From Armatimonadota bacterium (GTDB taxonomy: Bacteria > Armatimonadota > SYMT01), in contig JAWLHY010000008.1 of assembly GCA_041690135.1 (NCBI GenBank), positions 256,001-320,000 on the forward strand: a stretch of 64,000 nucleotides of DNA, read 5' to 3'. Both the position numbers and the translations under genes were made by a program. The notes beneath the pieces are model-generated. The model was given only the letters and a program-made list of their open reading frames with translations, did no database searches and was not told the DNA's origin. How positions within the stretch are numbered: the stretch's first letter is position 1; each line of letters opens with the position of its first letter. This document shows, piece by piece, positions 9,825-21,119 of the stretch.

Positions 9825-11492
9825 TCACATCTCCCGCCAGCTCTGGATCTCTACCGTATTGATCCAGATGCGCTCCGACCCCGGCATTCCCGGCGGGAGA
9901 TTGTCCGGCAGGGTCGGCACCTGATACATGTGCGGCACGTTCTGCATGGAGAAGTGGCTGGTTACGAATGTGCCCGCGAGCTCGTTTTGCTTCTGGCTCA
10001 TGATCTGCTCCTGCGCGTAGAATGCGCCCGTGAGCAGCAACTGCGAATCGCCGCCCTGCGTAGCCAATTCGATCCGGCGACGGGCTATCACACCCAGCGC
10101 TTGAGTAATGGGAAAGGTGCCGGTGGCGGGCATGAGATCGGTGCTGACGTAGGTGGTGCCGGTGGAGACCAGCGTTCCACGACCGGTATACCGCATGGAC
10201 TTACTCCCGCCGTTGCGGGCGACCTTGATGTCGCCGTTGACGTAGATGATCCCGCGGATCGTGATGTTTCCGAGGGCGTCCACGGAAAGGGAATTGCCGC
10301 GCCCATCGCTGATGGGGCCATAGGCGGTGCCCGGCGTAATGGTGAGGGGTCCGGTGATTTCCAGGCCCGTTTGGCGGAGGTATTCCATGTAACTGGGATA
10401 GTTGATGCCGTTCTTTACCGTGGGCGCAGTCAGGCGGGGAAACTCCACCAGGTCCCCCAGGGTGTACCGGGTCTTATGTCCGTTGTCGGAGTGAACCCCC
10501 GAAGCTCCGGTATTGCCCCCGAAACCGTCGCTTACATACACGCCGTCCATGGTCTCCTTCACGGGCGGATAGCCACCGGTCATATGAGGCTGACCCACGG
10601 CGGCCGTACCGTTGATGTCCACCCGGCCGTGTTTCACCCGGAGTTTGGCGCCGAGCGACTCCACCAACTCTCCCTTAAAGCGGGGAGTGGGAATAGGTGG
10701 CAGTGTATTGCGAAGCAAGGAGGGCATGCCGGAGTAGTTGTTACCGATGGCGGCGGTGCCGCCGTATTCGCTGCCCATGTCGGTCACCGTCAATTCGGGG
10801 TCTCGCAGGCCGTTGCCGTTGACATCGTCCCAGGGTTCGCGGGCGTCCCGGTGTCCATCGCCATCGGTATCCGAGTAGGGCTCGCCCAAATCGTATGACC
10901 CATTGCCATTTTGATCCGTGTAGCCTTCACCAGCGTCCCACCTGCCGTCCACGTCCACATCCGTATAGTCTTCACCGTCTCCCAGCAAATGGACGTTGCC
11001 GCGCACCTGGACATTACCGTTGATGCTGCGGCCGGCCTGCCCCACGCCGCCAAAGATCGAGTTGTTCCACACGGAAACGTCCTCGTGGGTGATCTTGGCC
11101 ACCACGCGGACCGTGCGCGTGCGCGTATAGCCGCCATCAACGGCGCGTCCCGTACTGACGATCACGACCCGACCGTCGTTGTCCATGGTTCCATCCTGGA
11201 CGTTGAGCGTGAACTCCCCCTGGCCATTTACGGTCTCCGTCCAGTTCTGGACGCGCCAGCTTCCGTCGGTGGTACCGTTGGGGGCACGGGTGCGGAGATA
11301 CTTGAGGGCTACCTCCGCACCGCCTTCCGCGAGGGAGAGGGCCCGGGAACGCAGGGCGTCGTGCTCACCTCGCAGTGAGGCCTGCATACCGAGCGAGAGC
11401 AGCCCGGCGCCAATAAAGATGACGACGAAGAGGACCATCATCGCGGTGAGCAGGGCGCTACCGCGATGATGCACAGTGGTGCGGTGGATCAT
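9825..11492 (-). CDS. PilX/GspK-like minor pilin with DxDxDG-type repeats (copy 2)
   Basis: HRG|SALLTAM; long near-identical blocks with copy 1 (IFGGVGQAGRSINGN, AKLRVKHGRV, QNVPHMYQVPTLPDNLPPGMPGSERIWI). Confidence 0.82.
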   Translation of the reverse strand: MIHRTTVHHRGSALLTAMMVLFVVIFIGAGLLSLGMQASLRGEHDALRSRALSLAEGGAEVALKYLRTRAPNGTTDGSWRVQNWTETVNGQGEFTLNVQDGTMDNDGRVVIVSTGRAVDGGYTRTRTVRVVAKITHEDVSVWNNSIFGGVGQAGRSINGNVQVRGNVHLLGDGEDYTDVDVDGRWDAGEGYTDQNGNGSYDLGEPYSDTDGDGHRDAREPWDDVNGNGLRDPELTVTDMGSEYGGTAAIGNNYSGMPSLLRNTLPPIPTPRFKGELVESLGAKLRVKHGRVDINGTAAVGQPHMTGGYPPVKETMDGVYVSDGFGGNTGASGVHSDNGHKTRYTLGDLVEFPRLTAPTVKNGINYPSYMEYLRQTGLEITGPLTITPGTAYGPISDGRGNSLSVDALGNITIRGIIYVNGDIKVARNGGSKSMRYTGRGTLVSTGTTYVSTDLMPATGTFPITQALGVIARRRIELATQGGDSQLLLTGAFYAQEQIMSQKQNELAGTFVTSHFSMQNVPHMYQVPTLPDNLPPGMPGSERIWINTVEIQSWREM

Positions 11493-11539
11493 GGTTCGGG
11501 TCTCCGGTCCAGGGTGGGGCGGAGGAGCGTGGGCAAGTC

Positions 11540-12043
11540 TCAGAGGAGTTGATTTCGCAGGGTGATTTCGGTGGCCAGCGATGTGGTGCCCTGGCGATTG
11601 CCGATCTGTTGGGCACAGGTGAGATGGATCCCGAGTTGGGACCCGTCTAGCGTGAACCGACCGACGGTGATGTTTTTCCCGACAACGGTGGCATTGGCCG
11701 TACCCACTTTCCGGTAGAGCCGTCCTGCATTCAGGTAGTACCGGATCTGGGCGCCGTCGTTGTACCGGTCGTAGTCTCCCTGGCTGTTGACCGCCGGCAT
11801 CACCACGGTGAGCCCCTGGGCATCCGCGTCGACCGTTACGCGCAAACCGGTGCGGACTTCCTGCGACAGCCGCTGCAGGGCCATGCTGGCGCTATCGTCG
11901 GCCATCATCTTTGAACCATTGAGGGAGTAACTGGTGGTGGCGGTTAGACCCATGGAGAGGAGACCGCCGAGCACCACCAGGAAGAGCGAAGCCACGATGA
12001 GGACTTCGATAAGGGTAGCTCCGCGCGCAGTTCGTGTTATCAT
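11540..12043 (-). CDS. PilW/GspJ-like prepilin (copy 2)
   Basis: ARG|ATLIEVLIV; SKMMADDSAS shared with copy 1; C-terminal LRN. Confidence 0.85.
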   Translation of the reverse strand: MITRTARGATLIEVLIVASLFLVVLGGLLSMGLTATTSYSLNGSKMMADDSASMALQRLSQEVRTGLRVTVDADAQGLTVVMPAVNSQGDYDRYNDGAQIRYYLNAGRLYRKVGTANATVVGKNITVGRFTLDGSQLGIHLTCAQQIGNRQGTTSLATEITLRNQLL

Positions 12044-12511
12044 TCAGGGAACCCTCCAGGGCGTCTTGTCCGCCACGAATGTAGTGACCCGGTGAACGTG
12101 GGCCTTTCCCGTAAAGGCCTTCCAGCGCACCTCGACATCGACGCGCACCAGGTCCGAGCCCATTCCGGTAACAACCATCAATCCCTGTCCCTGGGCAAAC
12201 TTCTGCGCCAGGCGGTCGGTCGCGGTAAAGGGAAAGACAGCGGAAGAAGCAGTACCGGCGGGGTCGGCCGTATCGATGATCTGTCGGGAGAGCAGGGAGG
12301 AAGCGTTGATCTGGCCTGCATCCAGGCGTCGAATCTGCTCCACCTTGTGCTGTGCCGCCGCCGCCGCCTGGGAGTAGCCGCCGGAGCGGTCGCGGAGAAG
12401 GGAGCTCAGCGGGAAAAGCGCTCCGGCCGCCACTACGGTCATGGTCAGGACAAACACCGCGGCCATGATCTCGATCAGCGTCGTGCCTCTGCGGGTGCGG
12501 GTGCGAGCCAT
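12044..12511 (-). CDS. PilV/GspI-like prepilin (copy 2)
   Basis: RRG|TTLIEIMAAVFVL; RDRSG and DLVR shared with copy 1; ATG 12511 after AAGGAG. Confidence 0.85.
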   Translation of the reverse strand: MARTRTRRGTTLIEIMAAVFVLTMTVVAAGALFPLSSLLRDRSGGYSQAAAAAQHKVEQIRRLDAGQINASSLLSRQIIDTADPAGTASSAVFPFTATDRLAQKFAQGQGLMVVTGMGSDLVRVDVEVRWKAFTGKAHVHRVTTFVADKTPWRVP

Positions 12512-12749
12512 AGACAACTCCTTTGACGGCGGCCCATTCGCCTGCTACGTTATCTATGTGGCACCCCTGCAACCCGGCCGCATCGGTAGATAGAGGGACG
12601 GCCAGGGGGTATCGGCAATCCTTCCGTGGTTGGAGTGAGGGGTGAGAAGCGAATCGCCACACTCAACCTTGCGGATGATTGAGGAGGACCTGGGGCGACG
12701 GCCGAAGTAAGTAAGTACCGCTCGTAAGGGTGAAAATAGACCTCGTCTG

Positions 12750-13976
12750 ATGCGTATCAAGCTTTTTACCGTACACGGCTACACAAACTTTTCCGATCCG
12801 CTTACGTTTGGTCCGCTCGACGACGTCAATGCGATCTACGGACCGAATAACTGCGGCAAGTCGAACCTGCTGCGGGCGCTCGATCTCTACTTCCTGCTTC
12901 TCGGAGCGGGAGAGGGGGTGACGCGCTCGCAAACGCAGATTCTCGACAGCCCCGACGAGCAGCTCCAGCAGGCGATCCAGTCGGGGTTGACCCGCGGCGC
13001 ACCGCAACCGATCACCTTCGACGTGGAGTGGACGGTGCGGCGCCAGGACCTGGAGAAATACGGGCTCTTCGCCGAGGCCCCGTGCGCGCACGTGCGTACG
13101 GTACTGGAGTTGAAGGCACTCAACCGGACGTATGAGATCCGTGTTAAGAGCTGGATGCACGAAGACAAGGACATCTCCGCTCTCGATCGTGGCCGAGACG
13201 CCGCCACAGTCATCTTCGCGCAGCAAGTCCGGCGCCTGCTCGCCGATGCCCGTCCATTCAAATTCGACCGCCCCGTCCACCCGCTGGTGTTTCTGGGGAA
13301 AGGCGCGGAAGCCTTCCCCCAGGCGTTGCGAGATGCCCTGTTTGATGCCCGGCAGTCGATCGACCCGGAACAACGTCGTCGCTGGGCCCTGTTTGCGGAG
13401 CTGGCCACTAGCGTGCAGAGCGAATTGGGCGACGGTACCTGGCAGACCCTGTTCGATCGTCCTTCAGGACGGGCCGACGTGGTCTACATCCAGGGGGAAG
13501 AAGCGATCAGCCTCGATATGATGGGCTCGGGGCTGCTACGTCTCACGGGCTTGCTGGGAGAACTCGCCCTGGCCCAGGAACCCTGGATCTGCGTGGAAGA
13601 ACCGGAGTGGCGGCTGTCCCCGGAACTCCAGAAGCGGTTCGTCACTCTTATTCGCCGCGTGCTGTTCGCGGGTCTGGGCCCGACCCAGATTTTCATGACC
13701 ACACATAGCCCCGCCCTCGCGGCCCGTGCCACCAGTTTCTCGATGGAGCCTGCGGGACTGGGTCCCACGATCGAGCGCAAGGTGTGGGAGGCTGTGGGCG
13801 AGAGTGGCGAGGCGCTGACGGAGCCGGACCCCGAGGCCACGCTGAGCAGCCTCATCGGCCTGGTCGACGAACTGGCGGAAATGGACGAGGACCAGATCAT
13901 GGCCCAGGTAGAGTCTCTCGGCCCAGACGGCGCAAGCGCGGGCGAACGCCTTCAGCCGGCGATGTCGCTGCGTTGA
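12750..13976 (+). CDS. Soluble ABC-fold ATPase (AAA_15/AAA_21, OLD/AbiEii-like) with acidic C-terminal tail
   Basis: Walker A GPNNCGKS near N-terminus; signature MGSG; Walker B ICVEEPE; H-loop MTTHSP; no TM segments. Confidence 0.8.
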   Translation: MRIKLFTVHGYTNFSDPLTFGPLDDVNAIYGPNNCGKSNLLRALDLYFLLLGAGEGVTRSQTQILDSPDEQLQQAIQSGLTRGAPQPITFDVEWTVRRQDLEKYGLFAEAPCAHVRTVLELKALNRTYEIRVKSWMHEDKDISALDRGRDAATVIFAQQVRRLLADARPFKFDRPVHPLVFLGKGAEAFPQALRDALFDARQSIDPEQRRRWALFAELATSVQSELGDGTWQTLFDRPSGRADVVYIQGEEAISLDMMGSGLLRLTGLLGELALAQEPWICVEEPEWRLSPELQKRFVTLIRRVLFAGLGPTQIFMTTHSPALAARATSFSMEPAGLGPTIERKVWEAVGESGEALTEPDPEATLSSLIGLVDELAEMDEDQIMAQVESLGPDGASAGERLQPAMSLR

Positions 13977-13988
13977 TTGACTGCGGTA

Positions 13989-14047
13989 ACACCACACAAC
14001 AAAGAGGGCGCTTCCCAGCGGGAGGCGCCCTCTTTGTTGTGTGGTGT
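13989..14047. terminator. Long hairpin/terminator between convergent genes
   Basis: 28-bp stem (one G-T pair) ACACCACACAACAAAGAGGGCGCTTCCC-AGC-GGGAGGCGCCCTCTTTGTTGTGTGGTGT. Confidence 0.75.
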
Positions 14048-14064
14048 CGAAATAAGGGGATGGG

Positions 14065-14664
14065 TTACTGCGAACGCTGGCGGCTGCCGAGAACTGCCAT
14101 GATCGTGTCCACCGAACGCCGGATTCGATCGGAAACCGATCCCGGCGCCTCGGCCACTGCGATACTCGCCTCGGTTTTGGGTGGGACGGCCGGTGTGGCG
14201 CTTTCCGGGGTGATGGGGGAAAGGGCCACTTCCCCTTGCCGGACCCATCCTCGCCGGCGGGCTTCCATCTCAATACCCGCAGGCGTCCCCAGATAGGCGA
14301 TGTCGCTCTGCAGTTGGCGATTGATGGTACGTTCCAGGGCCAGTTGCTGCCTCAGCACCTGGATCTCCTGGCCCGTCTGATGGGTGGCCAGCACCGGTTC
14401 CACGGCGAACGCGGTGATACGTCCGGCGAAGCAGAATAATGCGGTTGCGCCCACCAGAATTGCCGCGGCCCGCAGCATTACCGGACGGGCACTGGTGCTG
14501 GAAGCGCGGCGCCGCCGCGGAACCTTCTGGGGCTCCGGCCGGCGCAGCGGGCTCACCAGCAAAGGATCCAGGGGCGCAGTCGGGGTCTCCCGATCCTTAA
14601 GGAAGGGGACTTCCGATCGCAAGGGCTTAACGAGTATCGGATCCAGCTCAAGCAACTGGCTCAT
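14065..14664 (-). CDS. ftsB: Septum formation initiator (DivIC/FtsB family)
   Basis: Single TM, then coiled coil and the motif L-x-x-DI-x-YL-x-TP-x-GIE-x-EARRRGWVRQGE; lies near eno as is common for ftsB. Confidence 0.7.
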   Translation of the reverse strand: MSQLLELDPILVKPLRSEVPFLKDRETPTAPLDPLLVSPLRRPEPQKVPRRRRASSTSARPVMLRAAAILVGATALFCFAGRITAFAVEPVLATHQTGQEIQVLRQQLALERTINRQLQSDIAYLGTPAGIEMEARRRGWVRQGEVALSPITPESATPAVPPKTEASIAVAEAPGSVSDRIRRSVDTIMAVLGSRQRSQ

Positions 14665-14940
14665 GGGTTCGTTTCGGCGAAGGAGAGGGGAGTGGAGTGA
14701 CGACGAGCGTGTCGAAGTTTCGACCAGGTACCTTAATCTTCGGCCGGCACCGCTCCCCGCGCTTAGCTAATTTTCGCAGGATTTTTGAGCCGAAGTTTTA
14801 CATCCACCAACAGCAAGCGAGCCATCCTTTGGTGGATAGGAGAGGCGAAACTTGCTCAATCTTATACCAGCCATCACCCTCTCGCCAAGACCAAATCGGC
14901 ACTTTTGAGCCTGGGCGCCCAACTTCCGGCAGATCCCCTT

Positions 14941-16356
14941 TCAGACCTTCTGCACCTTGATCAGGTTGGTGTGTCCGGGGGTGCCTACAGGTGCTCCAAG
15001 GGTAATCACGACCGTCTGCCCGGGCTGAATCCAGCCGGCGCTGAGAGCTCCCTGGACCGTCTCTGCCAGCATTTCGTCCGTGCTGGTGGTGGGCGCCACG
15101 AGGAGGGGACGGACGCCCCACACGAGGGGCAGACGGCGGTAGGTGGCCGGATTGGCGGTGGCGGCAATGACCTGCATCCGCGGGCGCATTCGCGAGACCA
15201 TACGGGCGGTGAACCCGGACGTCGTGGAGCAGAGGATCGCGGAGGCCTGGAGATCGTCCGCGATTTCGGCCACGCCCTGGCTGATGGCGTCCGTGATGCT
15301 GGTGGCCCGGGTGTGAATCACCTCTTCCATCAGCCCGGCATAGTCCAGGTGAGCTTCGGTGTACTCCGCCACGGCCGCCATCGTGGAGACGGCCTGCACG
15401 GGGTTGTCGCCCACGGCGGTTTCTCCGGAGAGCATCACGGCGCTGGTGCCGTCCAGGATGGCATTGGCGACGTCGGAAACTTCGGCGCGAGTCGGGCGAG
15501 GGCTCCGCGTCATCGATTCCAGCATTTGGGTCGCGGTGATCACCGGGCGGCCTTTACAGCGCCCCCGGGCGATGAGGTCCTTCTGGATGATCGGCACCTG
15601 GTAGAGCGGCATCTCCACGCCGAGATCACCGCGGGCCACCATCAAGGCATCGGTGGCCTCGATGATCTCATCGAGCGCCTCTACCGCTTCCGGTTTCTCG
15701 ATCTTGGCCACGATCTGCGCATCGATCCCCACACGCGCGGCGGTTTCGCGGACCGGCTGCAGATCGGCGGCCCGGCGTACAAATGAGACGGCGATCCAGT
15801 CGACCCCTAAACGGAGACCGAACTCCAGATCGTCCATATCCTTCCGGGTGAGTGAGGGGATGCCGAACGGGACAGAAGGCGCGGCAATGCCCTTGCGCGA
15901 GTTCAGGACGCCTCCATGCTGGATTTCGCAGACTGCTTCTTCCCCCTTCCGCTCGACGACGAGCAGGTCGATCTGACCGTCATCCAGGAAAACGCGATGG
16001 CCGGGCTGAAGCGCCTGCTGGAGCTCGCGGATCGGCAGCGGAATGCGGGTGGGGTGGACCGGGTCGAAGGCCTGACTGGAAAGCGTACAGCAATGCCCCT
16101 GGATCAGCTCGATACCGCTCGGCGGAAGTTCACCGATACGGAGTTTGGGGCCGGAGAGGTCCTGCAGGATCGAGATAGGGCGGCCGACTTCTTCGCTCAC
16201 CTCTCGCAGAATACGGTAGCGTTCTGCGTGCCACGCGTGCGAGCCGTGCGAGAAGTTCAGGCGTGCCACGTCCATGCCGGCTTCGGCCAATGCACGGATC
16301 TGTTCCCGGCTCTCGGAAGCGGGCCCCAGCGTACAAACGATCTTGGTCCTTCTCAT
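14941..16356 (-). CDS. pyk: Pyruvate kinase
   Basis: RRTKIVCTLGPAS, RLNFSHG, DLSGPK, MVARGDLGVE, TATQMLESM, PTRAEVSDVANA, MLSGETA. Confidence 0.98.
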   Translation of the reverse strand: MRRTKIVCTLGPASESREQIRALAEAGMDVARLNFSHGSHAWHAERYRILREVSEEVGRPISILQDLSGPKLRIGELPPSGIELIQGHCCTLSSQAFDPVHPTRIPLPIRELQQALQPGHRVFLDDGQIDLLVVERKGEEAVCEIQHGGVLNSRKGIAAPSVPFGIPSLTRKDMDDLEFGLRLGVDWIAVSFVRRAADLQPVRETAARVGIDAQIVAKIEKPEAVEALDEIIEATDALMVARGDLGVEMPLYQVPIIQKDLIARGRCKGRPVITATQMLESMTRSPRPTRAEVSDVANAILDGTSAVMLSGETAVGDNPVQAVSTMAAVAEYTEAHLDYAGLMEEVIHTRATSITDAISQGVAEIADDLQASAILCSTTSGFTARMVSRMRPRMQVIAATANPATYRRLPLVWGVRPLLVAPTTSTDEMLAETVQGALSAGWIQPGQTVVITLGAPVGTPGHTNLIKVQKV

Positions 16357-16489
16357 ACTCGCACTACTCCTTCAACAACCATGGGGCACGACCGGACGGG
16401 GTGTCGTACCCGCGCCACTAAGGATATCCCAGCCAACCTATGGGAAGTTCGAAAGTGGCGGGAAGGAGTTTCGCCAGAGACCGGAACGA

Positions 16490-16534
16490 AATGCCGGTGC
16501 CCGAACCTGCATCGCAGCTTCGGGCACCGGCATT
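16490..16534 (-). terminator. Hairpin downstream of eno
   Basis: AATGCCGGTGCCCGAA...TTCGGGCACCGGCATT inverted repeat. Confidence 0.65.
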
Positions 16535-16586
16535 GCCTCGCAGAACCTCGCCGGTGGAGTTACACCGGCGGATTTCCGACGGTCGC

Positions 16587-17975
<1,389 letters not shown>

Positions 17976-20648
17976 CTACTTGTCGGCCGGACCGCCCATT
18001 CCCAGCGCCGCCTGGGCCGCCGCGAGGCGGGCCACCGGAACGCGGAGCGGGCTGCAGCTCACGTAGTTGAGGCCGATCTGGTTGCAGAAGTGGATGCTGG
18101 TCGGGTCGCCGCCGTGCTCGCCGCAGATGCCGAGCTTGATGCCCGGGTTCACGGCCTGCGCATCGTCGACGCAGATCTTCATCAGCCGGCCCACGCCCGT
18201 CTGGTCGATCGACTCGGTCGGGTCCTGCTTGAGGATCCCCTTCTGGATGTAGACCGGCAGGAACTTCCCGGCGTCGTCGCGCGACAGGCCGAAGGTCATC
18301 TGCGTCAGGTCGTTGGTGCCGAAGGAGAAGAAGGAGGCGTGCGCCGCGATCTCCGCCGCCGTCAGCGCCGCACGCGGGATCTCGATCATGGTGCCGAACT
18401 GGTAGTCCACCTGGACGCCTTCCGCGGCCATCGTCGATTTGGCGACGTCTTCGAGCTGCGCCTTCAACAGGGTGAGCTCGTTCACGTGGCCGACCAGCGG
18501 GATCATGATCTCCGGATGGACCGCCTCGCCCTGCTTCGCCAACTCGCACGCCGCGCCGATGATAGCCGCGACCTGCATATTGACGATGCCCGGCATCACG
18601 ATGGAAAGCCGGCATCCGCGAAGACCCAGCATCGGGTTCTCTTCATGCAGGTCTTCCACCTTGGCCAGCAGGCGGGTCTGCTTCTCCAGTTCCGCACCGG
18701 AGGCGTTCTCGGCTTCCAGGCGGCGCAGCTCCTGGCGGACCTCTTCGGCGTGCGGCAGGAACTCATGGAGCGGCGGGTCGATCAGGCGGACCGTCACCGG
18801 CCGGCCCTGCATCGCCCGGAAGATGCCCACGAAGTCTTCGCGCTGCATCGGCAGGAGGACGTCGAGAGCCTTCTGGCGGTCTTCTTCGTTCTCGGCGAGG
18901 ATCATGTCGCGGACGGGGCCGACGCGCTCCGCACCCAGGAACATATGCTCCGTGCGGCAGAGGCCGATGCCCTGCGCGCCCAGCCGGACCGCTTCCGCGG
19001 CCTGCTCGGGGGTGTCGGCGTTGGCGCGCACGCCCATCTTGCGGAAGGAGTCGGCCCACTCCATGAAGGTGGCGAAGTCGCCCGTCACGGCCACCGGCTC
19101 CGTCTCGAGCTGTTCGAGGTAAACCTCGCCCGTGGTGCCGTCGATGGAGATGATGTCGCCCTCGGCAATCGTGTGACCGCCGACGGAGAAGGACCGGGCC
19201 TTGTCGTCGATCCGGATCTCCTTACAGCCGCAGATCGTCGGGATGCCGTACTGACGGGCGACGAGCGCGGCGTGGGAGGTCCGGCCGCCTTCGGAGGTCA
19301 GCACGCCCTTGGCCGCCAGCATTCCACCCAGGTCGTCCGGGTTGGTGATCTTGCGGACGAGGATGACCGGCTTGCCCGCCGCGTGCATATCGATCGCCGT
19401 GGGGCTGTCGAGCGCCACGTGACCGACGGCGCCGCCGGGTCCGGCGTTGAGGCCCACCGCCACCGGCTTGAGGCCGGACGGCTTGACCAGGCGCGGGTGG
19501 AGAAGCTGCTCGAGCTGGCTCGGGGGAACGCGGTTGACCGCTTCTTCCTTGGAGATGCGGCCCTCGTGCACCATGTCCACGGCGACCTTCACCGCGGCGC
19601 CGCCGGTCCGCTTACCCGTGCGGCACTGGAGGATGAAGAGGCGCTGGTTCTGGATGGTGAACTCGATGTCCTGCATTTCCCGGTAGTGATCTTCCAGGAC
19701 CTTGCAGACTTCCTCGAACTGGCCGTAGATTTCGGGGAACTCGTTCGCCAGCTGGTCGATGCTCTGCGGGGTCCGGACGCCGGCCACGACGTCTTCACCC
19801 TGGGCGTTGCGCAGGAATTCGCCGAAGATCTTGGCTTCGCCGGTGGCGGGGTTGCGGGTGAAGGCCACACCGGTGCCGCAGTCGTCGCCCATGTTGCCGA
19901 AGACCATCGACTGGACGTTGACGGCGGTGCCCAGGTCGTGAGCGATCCGCTCCTTGTTGCGGTAGATGACGGCGCGGGGGTTGCCCCAGGAGCGGAACAC
20001 GGCGAGGATCGCCAGGCGGAGCTGCTCTTTCGGGTCGGAGGGGAAGTCCGAGCCGTAGTGAGTTTTGAAATGAGCGAGGAACTTCTCGGTCACCTCGCGC
20101 ATCCCCTCGGCGCTGAGGTCGCTGTCCAGGTGCACCTTGTGGTGCTCCTTCACTTCCTCGAGGATCTCTTCGTATGCTTCCTTTTCCAACTCCGTGCGGC
20201 CCTCGGCCAGCACGACGTCGGAGAACATCATGATGAAGCGGCGGTACGAGTCATAAGCGAACCGCGGGTTGTGGGTCGCTTCGATCAGAGCCTGGAGCGT
20301 GTCGCCATTGAGACCCAGGTTGAGGATGGTGTCCATCATCCCCGGCATCGAGAACTTGGCTCCGGAGCGGACGGAGAAGAGGAGCGGGTTCTGCGTATCA
20401 CCGAACTTCTGCCCCATGTTCTCTTCGACGTCCGCCACGGCGGCCTCCACCTGGTCCCACAGTCCTTCCGGGAACTGGCCCGTGGCAAGGTAGTCGTTGC
20501 AGGTTTCGGTGGTAATCGTGAACCCGGGCGGCACGGGCAGCCCGATCTTCGTCATTTCGGCGAGGTTGGCCCCCTTGCCGCCCAGGAGGTCGCGCATCGT
20601 GGCGTTCGCTTCCCGGAAGAGGTAAACCCGCTTCTTGTCCTGACTCAT
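17976..20648 (-). CDS. ppdK: Pyruvate, phosphate dikinase
   Basis: LLGGKGANLAEM, SVRSGA-x-x-SMPGMMDT, GGRTSHAA phospho-His, GLCRTEHMF, FSFGTNDLTQ, GICGEHGG. Confidence 0.99.
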   Translation of the reverse strand: MSQDKKRVYLFREANATMRDLLGGKGANLAEMTKIGLPVPPGFTITTETCNDYLATGQFPEGLWDQVEAAVADVEENMGQKFGDTQNPLLFSVRSGAKFSMPGMMDTILNLGLNGDTLQALIEATHNPRFAYDSYRRFIMMFSDVVLAEGRTELEKEAYEEILEEVKEHHKVHLDSDLSAEGMREVTEKFLAHFKTHYGSDFPSDPKEQLRLAILAVFRSWGNPRAVIYRNKERIAHDLGTAVNVQSMVFGNMGDDCGTGVAFTRNPATGEAKIFGEFLRNAQGEDVVAGVRTPQSIDQLANEFPEIYGQFEEVCKVLEDHYREMQDIEFTIQNQRLFILQCRTGKRTGGAAVKVAVDMVHEGRISKEEAVNRVPPSQLEQLLHPRLVKPSGLKPVAVGLNAGPGGAVGHVALDSPTAIDMHAAGKPVILVRKITNPDDLGGMLAAKGVLTSEGGRTSHAALVARQYGIPTICGCKEIRIDDKARSFSVGGHTIAEGDIISIDGTTGEVYLEQLETEPVAVTGDFATFMEWADSFRKMGVRANADTPEQAAEAVRLGAQGIGLCRTEHMFLGAERVGPVRDMILAENEEDRQKALDVLLPMQREDFVGIFRAMQGRPVTVRLIDPPLHEFLPHAEEVRQELRRLEAENASGAELEKQTRLLAKVEDLHEENPMLGLRGCRLSIVMPGIVNMQVAAIIGAACELAKQGEAVHPEIMIPLVGHVNELTLLKAQLEDVAKSTMAAEGVQVDYQFGTMIEIPRAALTAAEIAAHASFFSFGTNDLTQMTFGLSRDDAGKFLPVYIQKGILKQDPTESIDQTGVGRLMKICVDDAQAVNPGIKLGICGEHGGDPTSIHFCNQIGLNYVSCSPLRVPVARLAAAQAALGMGGPADK

Positions 20649-20994
20649 CTGTAATCTCCACTATAACCGGTCAAACCCGGCGGATGGATCGGAAATCGGC
20701 CGCAACTTTGACCCCGAAGGGCCATCAGCGACCGGCGTAGCACCTGCGGCTACCGGCGGGCCGGGTGTCCTGCAGATCGATGCAGCAGCGGCGCTGCCGG
20801 AAACTTTAAGAGTCCTGGGGTTCGTGCACAGGCGTCTTCACCAACGACCTGCCCGAACGAGGATAGGCGGACCGGAACGCCAGCGTTCGAGAACGCGTGG
20901 CCGATCCCGGCCGGGGCAAAAATTGCCCGGCAATTCTATCGCAGGGTGTGCGGGGCGGCAACAGCGGTGACGGGGGCGGGTCGGGGAGGGGGGA

Positions 20995-21081
20995 GAGTGG
21001 AGGGTGGGGAGTGGAAGGTGGGGAGTGGAAGGTGGTGGGTGGTGGAGTGGAGGCTGGGGGATGACGGAGTAGGAGTAGGAG
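20995..21081. repeat. Purine/G-rich low-complexity tract of degenerate 7-mer repeats (GGGGAGT/GGAAGGT) plus GAGTAG repeats
   Basis: ggagggt ggggagt ggaaggt ggggagt ggaaggt ggtgggt ... gagtag gagtag read directly from sequence. Confidence 0.7.
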
Positions 21082-21119
21082 AGGCCTGCGGCAGATTGTG
21101 GCGAGTATTATGATTAGGA

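Noticed and set aside
6883-12517. DGR template/variable repeat or invertible shufflon between pilin paralogs
   Set aside because: Differences in the shared blocks look mostly synonymous rather than adenine-specific; cassettes are co-oriented; no reverse transcriptase or recombinase present.
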